A program made the position numbers and the translations under genes. From positions 12,838 to 76,837 of the forward strand of contig NZ_JAGRPM010000019.1 of NCBI RefSeq assembly GCF_019449565.1: DNA of 64,000 nucleotides, given 5' to 3'. Origin of the DNA: Rhodoblastus sp. GTDB lineage: Bacteria; Pseudomonadota; Alphaproteobacteria; Rhizobiales; Beijerinckiaceae. Below the pieces are notes generated by a model. It had not been told where the DNA came from. It searched no databases and worked only from the letters and a program-made list of their open reading frames with translations. Shown here in pieces: positions 37,184 to 46,005 of the stretch; position 1 is the first letter of the stretch, and the number at the start of each line of letters is the position of its first letter.

Positions 37184-38011
37184 TCAGGCCACGTTGTGCA
37201 GGCCGGCGTCGACATAGATCGTGTCGCCGGTCATGCCCGAGGCGGCGCCGCCGACGAGGAAGGCGGCGACGCGCCCGACTTCGGCGATATCGACCAGACG
37301 ATGGGCGGGGCTGCGCTTCACAGCCGCGTCGATCAGCTCGTCGAATTCGGCTATGCCGCTTGCGGCGCGGGTCTTGAGCGGGCCGGGCGAGACGGCGTAG
37401 ACGCGGATGTTCTTGTCCCCGAGTTCCGCCGCGAGATAGCGGGTGGTGGCCTGCAGGGCGGATTTGACCGGACCCATCACATTGTAATGGTTCACGACCT
37501 TGTCGGCGCCGTAATAGCTCATGGTCAGCAGCGCGCCGCCCTGTTTCATCAGCGGCTCGGCCAGCCGCGCCATTTCGATGAAGGAATAGCAGGAAACGTG
37601 CATCGCCTGCAGGAAGCCTTCCAGGGAGCAATCCACCACCCGGCCATGCAGATCCTTGCGCGGGGCGAAGGCGATGGAATGAATGACGAAATCGAGCTGG
37701 CCCCATTCGGCCGCGATGCGCTCGAAAACGCTTTCCATCTCGCCGGGCTTTTCGACGTCGAGCGGCAGCAGCAGGCTGGCTTCGATCTGATCGGCCAGCG
37801 GCTGGACGAAGGGTTTGGCCTTTTCATTGAGATAGGTCAGCGCCAGTTCCGCGCCGAAGCCGCGCAATTTGGCGGCGCAGCCAAAGGCGATGGAATGCTC
37901 GTTGCTGACGCCGACGACGAGGCCGCGCTTGCCCTTGAGCATTTCGCCGATCTTGAGGTCGGGATCCCACACCTTGGGCAAGGGATCGATCTTGATGGCT
38001 TGTTCGCGCAT
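37184..38011 (-). CDS. fabI: Enoyl-ACP reductase
   Basis: GKRGLVVG..NEHSIAFG, HSIAFAP, Y..MGPVK, SPGPLKTRAASGI. Confidence 0.92.
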   Translation of the reverse strand: MREQAIKIDPLPKVWDPDLKIGEMLKGKRGLVVGVSNEHSIAFGCAAKLRGFGAELALTYLNEKAKPFVQPLADQIEASLLLPLDVEKPGEMESVFERIAAEWGQLDFVIHSIAFAPRKDLHGRVVDCSLEGFLQAMHVSCYSFIEMARLAEPLMKQGGALLTMSYYGADKVVNHYNVMGPVKSALQATTRYLAAELGDKNIRVYAVSPGPLKTRAASGIAEFDELIDAAVKRSPAHRLVDIAEVGRVAAFLVGGAASGMTGDTIYVDAGLHNVA

Positions 38012-38066
38012 TTTTCGCTCCTGATGTAAGCGCCACCCGGCGAGGCCAGGGCAGCGCGGCGGGTGT

Positions 38067-38927
38067 TCAGTTCGCGTAGGAGAAGAAGCCGCGCCCCGAC
38101 TTGCGGCCGAGATAGCCAGCGTCGCACATCTGCTTTAGCAGAGGGCTGGGGCGGAATTTGGGATCGTTGAAGCCGGCGTAAAGCGTCTCCATCACGTCGA
38201 GAACGATGTCGAGGCCAATGAGATCGCCCAGCGACAGCGGACCCATCGGATGGGCGGCGCCGAGCTTCATCATGGCGTCCACGTCCTCCGGCGTGGCGAC
38301 GCCTTCATAGACGCAATTGACCGCCTCGTTGATCATCGGGATCAGCACGCGATTGACCACAAAGCCATAGGAGTCCTTGGAGACGCGCGCGTCCTTGCCG
38401 ATGGCGCCGACCAGGGCCGTGATCGCCGCGCAGGTTTCGTCGCTCGTCTGCATCGCGCGGATGATCTCGACCAGCGGCATCATCGGAACGGGATTGAAGA
38501 AATGCATGCCAATGACGCGCGACGGAATTTTCGATGTCGCCGCGATCTTGGTCAGCGAAATGGAGGAAGTGTTTGAGGCGAGGATGGCGTCGGCGCGGCA
38601 GACCCGGTCGAGTTCGCCGATGATGGCCTTCTTGACCTCGAATTTTTCAACGACGGCTTCGACGACGAGGTCGCAGCCGTGCAAATCCTCGACGGCCAGC
38701 GTGGTCGTGATGCGGGCGAGGGCGGCGTCGGCGTCGGCTGCGGAGAGCTTGTTTTTCGAGACGAGGCGGCCGAGGCTGGTCTGGACGACGGATCGGGCGT
38801 GATCGAGCGCGCCCTGCGCCAGATCGCGCAAAACGACATGGAAGCCGGAGACCGCAAAAGCCTGCGCGATGCCAGAGCCCATTGTGCCCGCGCCGACAAC
38901 GCCGATTTTCTGGATTTTCAAACTCAT
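38067..38927 (-). CDS. hbd: 3-hydroxybutyryl-CoA dehydrogenase
   Basis: GVVGAGTMGSGIAQ, ASNTSSISLT, GMHFFNPVP, GFVVNR, HPMGPL. Confidence 0.92.
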   Translation of the reverse strand: MSLKIQKIGVVGAGTMGSGIAQAFAVSGFHVVLRDLAQGALDHARSVVQTSLGRLVSKNKLSAADADAALARITTTLAVEDLHGCDLVVEAVVEKFEVKKAIIGELDRVCRADAILASNTSSISLTKIAATSKIPSRVIGMHFFNPVPMMPLVEIIRAMQTSDETCAAITALVGAIGKDARVSKDSYGFVVNRVLIPMINEAVNCVYEGVATPEDVDAMMKLGAAHPMGPLSLGDLIGLDIVLDVMETLYAGFNDPKFRPSPLLKQMCDAGYLGRKSGRGFFSYAN

Positions 38928-39173
38928 CAGAGCCTCTTTCGCCGAGGCGCGCCGCCCGCAGGGCCGGAGGCCCAGGACGAAGCGCGCGCCAAACAAGGGA
39001 CCGGCGCCAATCGCAAGTCCGTGGCGACCGGGAAACCCCGGCCTCAAGCTTTTATAAACGGCTCTTGACGGGATGACGACTGCCGCATCCATATCACGGT
39101 TTCCATAGGCCCCGTTGATGCAAAGCCGTGAACGCGGTTTTTCAAGGCCCACTCGGCGCCATTGGCGAAATAA

Positions 39174-39190
39174 TACACGTTAAACGTGTA
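39174..39190. promoter_or_regulatory. Perfect palindrome in a divergent promoter region
   Basis: TACACGTT-A-AACGTGTA between hbd and the GGDEF/EAL gene. Confidence 0.5.
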
Positions 39191-39285
39191 ATAATGCATT
39201 TTACATCCTTAAATTGAGCAGTTGTTTACCGTCGCCCCTTAACGTCGCCAGGGCGTCGCCTATCGGGAGGCGCGGCGGGGAAGGG

Positions 39286-41691
39286 ATGAACCGCGGCCTG
39301 TTGGCGGCGTTTCATCCGGTCGCCGGATCGCCTGTTCGGCGGCTCAAGGATGGTGCGTTGACGATAGCCCTGGTCCAATCGCGCAATTCGGTCGGGACTG
39401 GATCTCCGGCGCCGGCGAGCGCGCTCGCGAAAGAGCGCAATGAGGGCAGGGCCTTTCTCGACGCCGCACCGGCTTTGACCCTGGGCGGCGCCGTGCTCGG
39501 CTGCAATTTTGGCCTGCTCAGCAATTTCGCGGGTTGGGCGCTCGTCGCCGCCGCCGGCGTCAAGATCGGTGTCCAGAGCCTCGAAAGCCGGCTGGGCGGC
39601 GGCGCGACCAAATTTCCTGACGCAGCTCACGGCCTCGCCGGCGCAGCAATGGCGGCGGCGCTCGGGTTTGTCTGCCTTTCAGTCTTTCTTACGGAAACTC
39701 CGGCGAGCATTCGGACGGCGGCAGTCATTTCCACGGTCGGCTACGCCGTCCTGGCGGCGGAGCGCGAGGCGTCGCGCCCGCGTTTCGCCAATCTGCAGGC
39801 CGCCTGCGCGCTTGGCCTGTTCGCTCTTGGCCTCGCGCTGAGCTGGGACAAATATTCGCCCATCGCAATAGCTTCGACTTTGACTCTCGGCTTCGCCTTG
39901 TTCATGGCGACGCGGCGGCGCACGCGCGGCGTGGCGCAAACGGCCGAGTCCGAGCGTCGCTTTACCATCGCGCTCAATAGTATGAGCCATTGCGTCGGAA
40001 TGTTCGACGGCTCGGGGCGGCTGATCGCCGGAAACCAGCAGTTCCTGCGCATGTTCCGTTTCGCCGAGCCAGCCTTCGGGAACGCGCCGGTCGAGGATAT
40101 GCTGCGGAAAAGCCTGGGGCTTCGACTGAGGAACCCCTCGGCGGCCGATGTCCTGTGCGACGCGGCGGCGGAGGTCCTGAAACGGCAGGCGCGCGAATGC
40201 GTCGCGCTTGAGCTGTCCGACGCCCGCTTCATGGAATTTACCTTCCAGACGACGCCGGAAGGTTTCTCGCTGCTGATCGAGGACGTCACGGCGCGACGGG
40301 TCTCCGAACTGAGAATCGAGCGCGTTGCTCGCGTGGACGATCTTACCGGCCTGTCGAACCGGACCAGTTTTCGAGAATCGTTGGAGCGCGCGACCGCCGC
40401 GATCGGGGAGGCCTCGCCGCCTTTCGCCGTGATGATGGTCGATCTCGACCGCTTCAAGCATGTCAACGATTCGCTGGGCCATCCGGTGGGCGACAAATTG
40501 CTGCAAAGGGTCGCCAAACGCATGCAGGAAATGGCCGATCCGGAAGATGTCGTTGCTCGGCTTGGCTGCGACGAATTCGTCTTTCTGCGCTTCAGCGCGC
40601 GCGAGGACGCGGCGCGTTTTGCCGCCAGCGCGGTCGAGACTTTGAGCGAGCCCTATCACGTCGAAGGCGCGAAACTGATGATCGGCGCCTCGATCGGAAT
40701 CGCCATGGCGCCCGAGGATGCGACCGAGACCAGCGATCTGATGAAAGCGGCTGACATGGCCCTTTACGCGGCCAAGGACGCGGGGCGGGGCGCCTTCCGC
40801 TTTTTCCACGCGGAGATGGCCGAGGAGGCGCGTCGCAAACAGGAGATCGAGCAGGATCTGCGCATCGGCATCAGCCGCAACGAGTTGGAGGTGCATTACC
40901 AGCCCATCGTCAGCCTCGTCAAAAGGCGCATTTGCAGCTGCGAGGCTCTTGTGCGCTGGCGTCATCCCGTGCGCGGGCTGATCTCGCCGGCGGACTTCAT
41001 GGAAATCGCGGAGGATTCGGGCCTCATCGTGCCACTCGGCGAATGGGTATTGCGGCAGGCCTGCAATGACGCGAAATCATGGCCCCGCGACGTGCGGCTG
41101 GCGGTGAATTTCTCGGGCATCCAGTTCGCGCGAAGCAATGTCGCCGACACCGTGCGCCGTGTGCTCAAGGAAACGAAATTCCCGGCGTCGCGGCTGGAAA
41201 TGGAGATCACGGAATCGGTGCTGATGCATGATTTCGAGGCCGTGCTCGACACCATCAATGAGTTGCGCGACATGGGAATGCGGGTCGCGCTGGACGATTT
41301 TGGCGCCGGCTATTCATCGCTCGCCTATCTCAGCCGTTTCCGCCCCGACAAAGTGAAAATCGACCAGTGTTTCGTGCGGGACATGGCGAAGAACGGAACG
41401 GCGCTCGCGATTATCAAGGCGGTCAAGGCGATTGTTCAGGAGCTTGAAATCGACATGCTGGTCGAAGGCGTCGAAACGATGGAGCAGTTCGAAATCCTGC
41501 GCGCACATGGCGCCGACGAAGCGCAGGGCTATCTGTTCAGCAAGCCGCGCCCGGCGCAGGAGATCGCACGTTTCGTCGCGGATCCGGCGCAACTCGTGCG
41601 TGGCCGCAAGCTGCTGATCGAAAAATCCGCGCCCTGGGTGAAGGCCTGCGAGCGCGTCAATCCGGCGATGGCGCGGCGCGCCGCCGGGTAA
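39286..41691 (+). CDS. Membrane-bound PAS-GGDEF-EAL protein
   Basis: N-terminal TM helices, DDLTGLSNR, DLDRFK.VND..GH, LGCDEF, CEAL, ALDDFGAGYSSL. Confidence 0.92.
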   Translation: MNRGLLAAFHPVAGSPVRRLKDGALTIALVQSRNSVGTGSPAPASALAKERNEGRAFLDAAPALTLGGAVLGCNFGLLSNFAGWALVAAAGVKIGVQSLESRLGGGATKFPDAAHGLAGAAMAAALGFVCLSVFLTETPASIRTAAVISTVGYAVLAAEREASRPRFANLQAACALGLFALGLALSWDKYSPIAIASTLTLGFALFMATRRRTRGVAQTAESERRFTIALNSMSHCVGMFDGSGRLIAGNQQFLRMFRFAEPAFGNAPVEDMLRKSLGLRLRNPSAADVLCDAAAEVLKRQARECVALELSDARFMEFTFQTTPEGFSLLIEDVTARRVSELRIERVARVDDLTGLSNRTSFRESLERATAAIGEASPPFAVMMVDLDRFKHVNDSLGHPVGDKLLQRVAKRMQEMADPEDVVARLGCDEFVFLRFSAREDAARFAASAVETLSEPYHVEGAKLMIGASIGIAMAPEDATETSDLMKAADMALYAAKDAGRGAFRFFHAEMAEEARRKQEIEQDLRIGISRNELEVHYQPIVSLVKRRICSCEALVRWRHPVRGLISPADFMEIAEDSGLIVPLGEWVLRQACNDAKSWPRDVRLAVNFSGIQFARSNVADTVRRVLKETKFPASRLEMEITESVLMHDFEAVLDTINELRDMGMRVALDDFGAGYSSLAYLSRFRPDKVKIDQCFVRDMAKNGTALAIIKAVKAIVQELEIDMLVEGVETMEQFEILRAHGADEAQGYLFSKPRPAQEIARFVADPAQLVRGRKLLIEKSAPWVKACERVNPAMARRAAG

Positions 41692-41737
41692 GGCTCGGCG
41701 CGCGCGATGTTTTGCGCGCGCGCCAGACATTCAGCCA

Positions 41738-42346
41738 TTACGGGGCGGGAACGACCCGGTAATAGACGCCATTGGCGCCATAGGCCGGCTGCAACCAGCC
41801 GGAATCGCAGCGATAAAACACCTGTCCCGCGACATCCTGATAGGCGCAACCCGTCGGCAGATAGCCATAGGTCGCCCCGACGGGCCAGGCGTAAGCCGCC
41901 GCCGTCGCAGCCGCCGCGCCTACGACCGCTCCCGCCGCCACAGCGCCCGCGCCCCAGCCCGCCGCGCCGCAGCCGGCGCAATAAGCGCCATAGCTATTGA
42001 CCACCACTGGCTGATGATAATAAGCGCCATAGCCTCCGGTGTGATAGACGCCGCCGCCATCCACCGCAGTCCCGTGATAATAGCCGCCGTAATCGCTGGC
42101 GTGCGCAACGCCATTGGGACCGGCGGCGGTTCCGTGCCAATAGCCGCCCGCGTCGCTCACATGGGCCACGCCGTCAGGTCCCGCCACCGTTGCGTGATCG
42201 AAGCCGCCAGCATCGCCGGCATGAAAACCGCCGCCGCCGAAGTCTCCGCCGTGGAAGCCGCCGCCGCCGCGAAAAAACGCGCTAGCCGGCTGCATCGAGG
42301 CTGCCAAAGCCAGGGCGGCCGAAATCGCAATGATCGTTTTTTTCAT
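41738..42346 (-). CDS. Secreted Gly-rich protein with short repeats
   Basis: Signal peptide; GGY(W/Y)HGTA repeats; C-terminal LPTGC..YRC..W..PAYG. Confidence 0.7.
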   Translation of the reverse strand: MKKTIIAISAALALAASMQPASAFFRGGGGFHGGDFGGGGFHAGDAGGFDHATVAGPDGVAHVSDAGGYWHGTAAGPNGVAHASDYGGYYHGTAVDGGGVYHTGGYGAYYHQPVVVNSYGAYCAGCGAAGWGAGAVAAGAVVGAAAATAAAYAWPVGATYGYLPTGCAYQDVAGQVFYRCDSGWLQPAYGANGVYYRVVPAP

Positions 42347-42378
42347 CGCAAGAACTCCTGTGCCTAAGGGGCCGGGTT

Positions 42379-43218
42379 TCACTTCTTGTCCACGGGCGGC
42401 TGCGGGGGCGCAGGCGGCTCTGGGGCTGCCGGCGGCTTGGGAGCGTCCGGAGGGGAGAACGCGATGCGTTTGGCCTTGGCCGCCTTTTCGGAGGCGAAGG
42501 CTGTCGCTTCGACCTTTTCGCCGAGCTTCCAGTTTGAAAACTCCGTCTGGTAGAGCGCATGCGCAGGCTCATGCGCATAGACGACCGCGATCTTGCGCGG
42601 CAGATGGTCCTCGGCGCCGAGCCAGATCTGCCCGGCGGCGTCGTCGCCCGCGATGGCGATCATGTCGGTCGTCGTTCCGCCGACGGTGATCGAGCGCCCG
42701 ATATAGAAGGCCGAATGGAGGTTCTTGGAGAGTTCGGCATAGGGATTGGAGGCGAGCACATCGGCGAAGGGGAAATAGATCGCGGCCTTTTCCCAGACCT
42801 CGTCGAGCAGCTTGTCGATGGTTGGCGGAGCATCCGCGATGGCTACAAGTTCGAGCGAGGGAATGTAGGCCGACATAGTCTTGCCGTCGTAATAGAACTC
42901 GTCCGGCGTGCCGTCGCCCAGCGTGATGACGCGCAGCTTGTCGGGGCGCTGCAGAGCCACCTGACTTACCGAGCTATAGAATAGCGGCTGTCCGTTCAGG
43001 GCCACGCGCTCGTAAGTGGACGTGGCGTTGAAGGTCACGGATTGCGCGCCCGCGAGCGCCGCGCTCGCGGCCTTGAGCAGGTCCAGCGCCTTGGGTTCAA
43101 GCTTTGGGGCCGCCGGCGCCGCTGCGGGCGGAGGCGGGGCGTTTTGCGCCAGCGCCGGGGGCGCGGCTAGAGAAGCCATCATGGCCAGGCAAAGGCCGAG
43201 CGTCAGTATTTTTGACAT
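42379..43218 (-). CDS. DUF2092 family periplasmic protein
   Basis: LQRPDKLRV, YYDGKT, AP.TID, QIW......LPRK. Confidence 0.8.
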   Translation of the reverse strand: MSKILTLGLCLAMMASLAAPPALAQNAPPPPAAAPAAPKLEPKALDLLKAASAALAGAQSVTFNATSTYERVALNGQPLFYSSVSQVALQRPDKLRVITLGDGTPDEFYYDGKTMSAYIPSLELVAIADAPPTIDKLLDEVWEKAAIYFPFADVLASNPYAELSKNLHSAFYIGRSITVGGTTTDMIAIAGDDAAGQIWLGAEDHLPRKIAVVYAHEPAHALYQTEFSNWKLGEKVEATAFASEKAAKAKRIAFSPPDAPKPPAAPEPPAPPQPPVDKK

Positions 43219-43372
43219 TTGGGTTTTGCTCCCTTCTTTCGGCGACCGTCTTGAAAATGAAAGGTCCGCCTCAAAACACGCCGCCAGAAATCATGCGCTT
43301 GAATGAAGAATCGGGCGTTTGAAAGAGGCCTTGAGCCTAGCATTTCCGAGCGAGGCAGAAAACATGAACAAT

Positions 43373-43397
43373 CGCGCCCGGACGGGGTCCGGGCGCG
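43373..43397 (-). terminator. GC hairpin (terminator-like)
   Basis: CGCGCCCGGAC-GGG-GTCCGGGCGCG with a T-rich tail on the minus strand. Confidence 0.5.
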
Positions 43398-43469
43398 TCG
43401 TTGCGACAATAAGATTTGAAACTTGCCTGGCCCTGGAGACGCGCCGCGCCAGCGCGGGAAAACCCGTGC

Positions 43470-44303
43470 TCAGAACGCGTAGGTGATCGTCACCTGCGGC
43501 CCGAGCAGGGTCTGCTGGAAGCGGAAGCTGCCATTGAAATTATTGGCCTTTTCATAGTCGACATAAAGCGCGCGGAAGCCCAAGGTCGAAGAAATATGCT
43601 GCGTCCAGTTATATCCGACTGCGGCAAAAGTCTGCCATGTCACGCTCTTGTTGTAGCCGCCAACGTCGGCTTCGGCGTCCACGTACCATTTTTCATTGAT
43701 GACGTAGCGCGAGGCGAAGCCGATGATCGGGTCGACCCAATCCTTGCCTTGCTGCGCGGACAGGCCGAGACCGGGGATAGCGGTGTTCAAAGTGAGCGTG
43801 TTGTTGACGTTGAAATAGCGGGCGCCAGCAATCCCGTAGAAGCTCAAATTGGTGACTTGAAACGGGAGCCGCACGCCGCCGAAACCGGTCAGAATCGTTT
43901 GGGCCGTGTGGAGATTGGCGTTCACGCCGCCGAAATTTGCGAGGGTTCCCGTTCCACGCAAGTGCGAGCCCGCCGACAGGGCGCTCCAATAGAGGTCCAC
44001 GCCTAAAATGAAACTATCGTTCCGGGCGATGAGACTCAGCGGGACGACGCCATTGAGTTTGGAAAGAATTTTGAAGAAGCCCACATCGACCGAGGAGGTC
44101 GGGAAGCTGGCGACGCCGACATTGGCGATCATGCTCGGCATCCAACCATTGACCGTCGCCTCGAAACGCCAACCGCTGGGAATCGGCGCCAATACGGGGG
44201 CGGGCGCTTCCTTGACCGACGGAAGATCCGCCGCGAACGCTGGCGCCGAGAACGGCAGAGTTAGGGCGAGAACGGCAGCGCCGCTCGATATGACTTTCCG
44301 CAC
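43470..44303 (-). CDS. Outer-membrane beta-barrel protein
   Basis: AADLP, DWVDPIIG, alternating beta strands, C-terminal YAF. Confidence 0.75.
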   Translation of the reverse strand: MRKVISSGAAVLALTLPFSAPAFAADLPSVKEAPAPVLAPIPSGWRFEATVNGWMPSMIANVGVASFPTSSVDVGFFKILSKLNGVVPLSLIARNDSFILGVDLYWSALSAGSHLRGTGTLANFGGVNANLHTAQTILTGFGGVRLPFQVTNLSFYGIAGARYFNVNNTLTLNTAIPGLGLSAQQGKDWVDPIIGFASRYVINEKWYVDAEADVGGYNKSVTWQTFAAVGYNWTQHISSTLGFRALYVDYEKANNFNGSFRFQQTLLGPQVTITYAF

Positions 44304-44458
44304 GCGGTCTCTCCCAAACCAAAGCCGATTTTCTTGCGCTTAGAATGACAAAATAACCGCGCGAATGAAACGACCATCCGAGACAGGCGGGCGCCATTTC
44401 CCCCCGACGTGGCAAATTTACGACAAGCGGGAAGCGGCTTTTCGCGCTGGTGCACGCT

Positions 44459-45901
44459 TCATGAGACTTTCTTCACCACCGGCGGCTTCCATTCGCCCTT
44501 GCCGGGCGGAAGAATCGAGGGTTTTTCGGTCTTGGGCCAATAAAGCCGCATCACCAGATAAATCGGTCCGGCTGGCGCCGGAAGCCAGTTCGGCTCCTTG
44601 TCCGGCCCGGGCGATTGATTCTGAATATAGAGCGTCAGTGAGCCATCCGCGTTGCGCTTCATATTGGGCAGCATCGGCGAATTAATCAGGTAGCGGTCAA
44701 TTGGATTCTGGATCAGGAGCTGGGTCTTGCCGTCATACATGGTGACGGACCAGAAGGCGTTGACCGGAGGCAAGCCGTCGGCGGCAAAAGTCAGCGTATA
44801 GGCGTGCGCGGCGCCGTCGAGCAGTTCGCCGTCGCCGTCCAGGCGGGTCATCGGATACATCGCCTCTTCGGCGTCATTGGCGTAGATTCCAGCCTTCGCC
44901 AATGCGGCGCGGGAGAGCCAGTCGCCATTGAAAAAGGCGGCGTCGCCGCCGGCCGCGCCGACGCGCCAGCCGTTCACATCGACGCCGCGCTTCGCCACGG
45001 CCCCATCTATCTTGCGGGCGCCCTGCTGCATGCCAAGCGCGATTTCGCGCTTCTGTTCGACCGTCATGTCATCGAAATTGAATTTCTTGCCGGGACCGAT
45101 TCCGATCTGCGCCATTCTGGCGCGAATCTCCTCTTCATTGGGCGCGGGGGGAATGAATTGCAGGGCGAAATCGAGGAATTCGAAAAACAGTCCCCTGACG
45201 GAATCCTTGTCGATCTTCGGAAAATCGATCGGCGGCGCGGAGGGCGGCGCCGGCTGCTTCAAAAAGGCGGAGAGCGGCTGAACCTTGTAGCCAGACTGCA
45301 CCTTGATGACATTGTCGATATCGGCGGCGTCGAACAGCTGAGTGCGGTAGATCGCGCCGCCGAGCTGGCTCCCGGATCGGAAAACCTTCTTGATCCCGGG
45401 CGGAATCTCGCCCTTCCAGTCAGGGCCGACCACAAGATAGTCGCCCGCTTCGCTTCCCGTCGTCCGCGAGCCGATATAGCCGAAATTATAGGTGCTGCCG
45501 TCGAACAGCTGCACGGAATAATAGCGCTTCGGATCGATGGCGGGCACGGACAGCACCAGCGGTTCCGTGCGCAAATCCATGAACAGCATCGAATAGGGCG
45601 TGTCGCTGTTCGGCGTGACGACTGCGGTATCCTTATAGGTGAAAACCTCGTGGGCGTTGGCGATCTCGTTGAACGGCGCCTTGAACTGGCTCGAACTCCG
45701 GTCGATCGCGATCTGATACATCACGGAGTAATTCATGACGATGGGCAGGCCGAAGATGAACGCTTCTTCCGCGATATCTCTGGCCGAGAGATCGCCGGGA
45801 CGCGAAGCGTCGGTTTGCGCGCGGGCGCTCAATGGCGCGTAGGAGGCCGCGGCCAAAGCTGTGAAACCAGCGGATTTCAGTAAGTCGCGCTTGGATATCA
45901 T
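44459..45901 (-). CDS. DUF1254/DUF1214 protein, Tat signal
   Basis: SKRDLLK, VVTPNSDTPYS, ANDAEEAMYP, PPVNAFWSVTMY, NWLPAP. Confidence 0.88.
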   Translation of the reverse strand: MISKRDLLKSAGFTALAAASYAPLSARAQTDASRPGDLSARDIAEEAFIFGLPIVMNYSVMYQIAIDRSSSQFKAPFNEIANAHEVFTYKDTAVVTPNSDTPYSMLFMDLRTEPLVLSVPAIDPKRYYSVQLFDGSTYNFGYIGSRTTGSEAGDYLVVGPDWKGEIPPGIKKVFRSGSQLGGAIYRTQLFDAADIDNVIKVQSGYKVQPLSAFLKQPAPPSAPPIDFPKIDKDSVRGLFFEFLDFALQFIPPAPNEEEIRARMAQIGIGPGKKFNFDDMTVEQKREIALGMQQGARKIDGAVAKRGVDVNGWRVGAAGGDAAFFNGDWLSRAALAKAGIYANDAEEAMYPMTRLDGDGELLDGAAHAYTLTFAADGLPPVNAFWSVTMYDGKTQLLIQNPIDRYLINSPMLPNMKRNADGSLTLYIQNQSPGPDKEPNWLPAPAGPIYLVMRLYWPKTEKPSILPPGKGEWKPPVVKKVS

Positions 45902-46005
45902 GAGGCGTTCTCCCGTTTTCAGGAATCATTGCGGCGGCGCAAGGGCGCCGCCGCTTGTTCGCATTGTCAGACGCTGGGCGTGACGGCGTCGCTTTGGCCT
46001 ATGCC

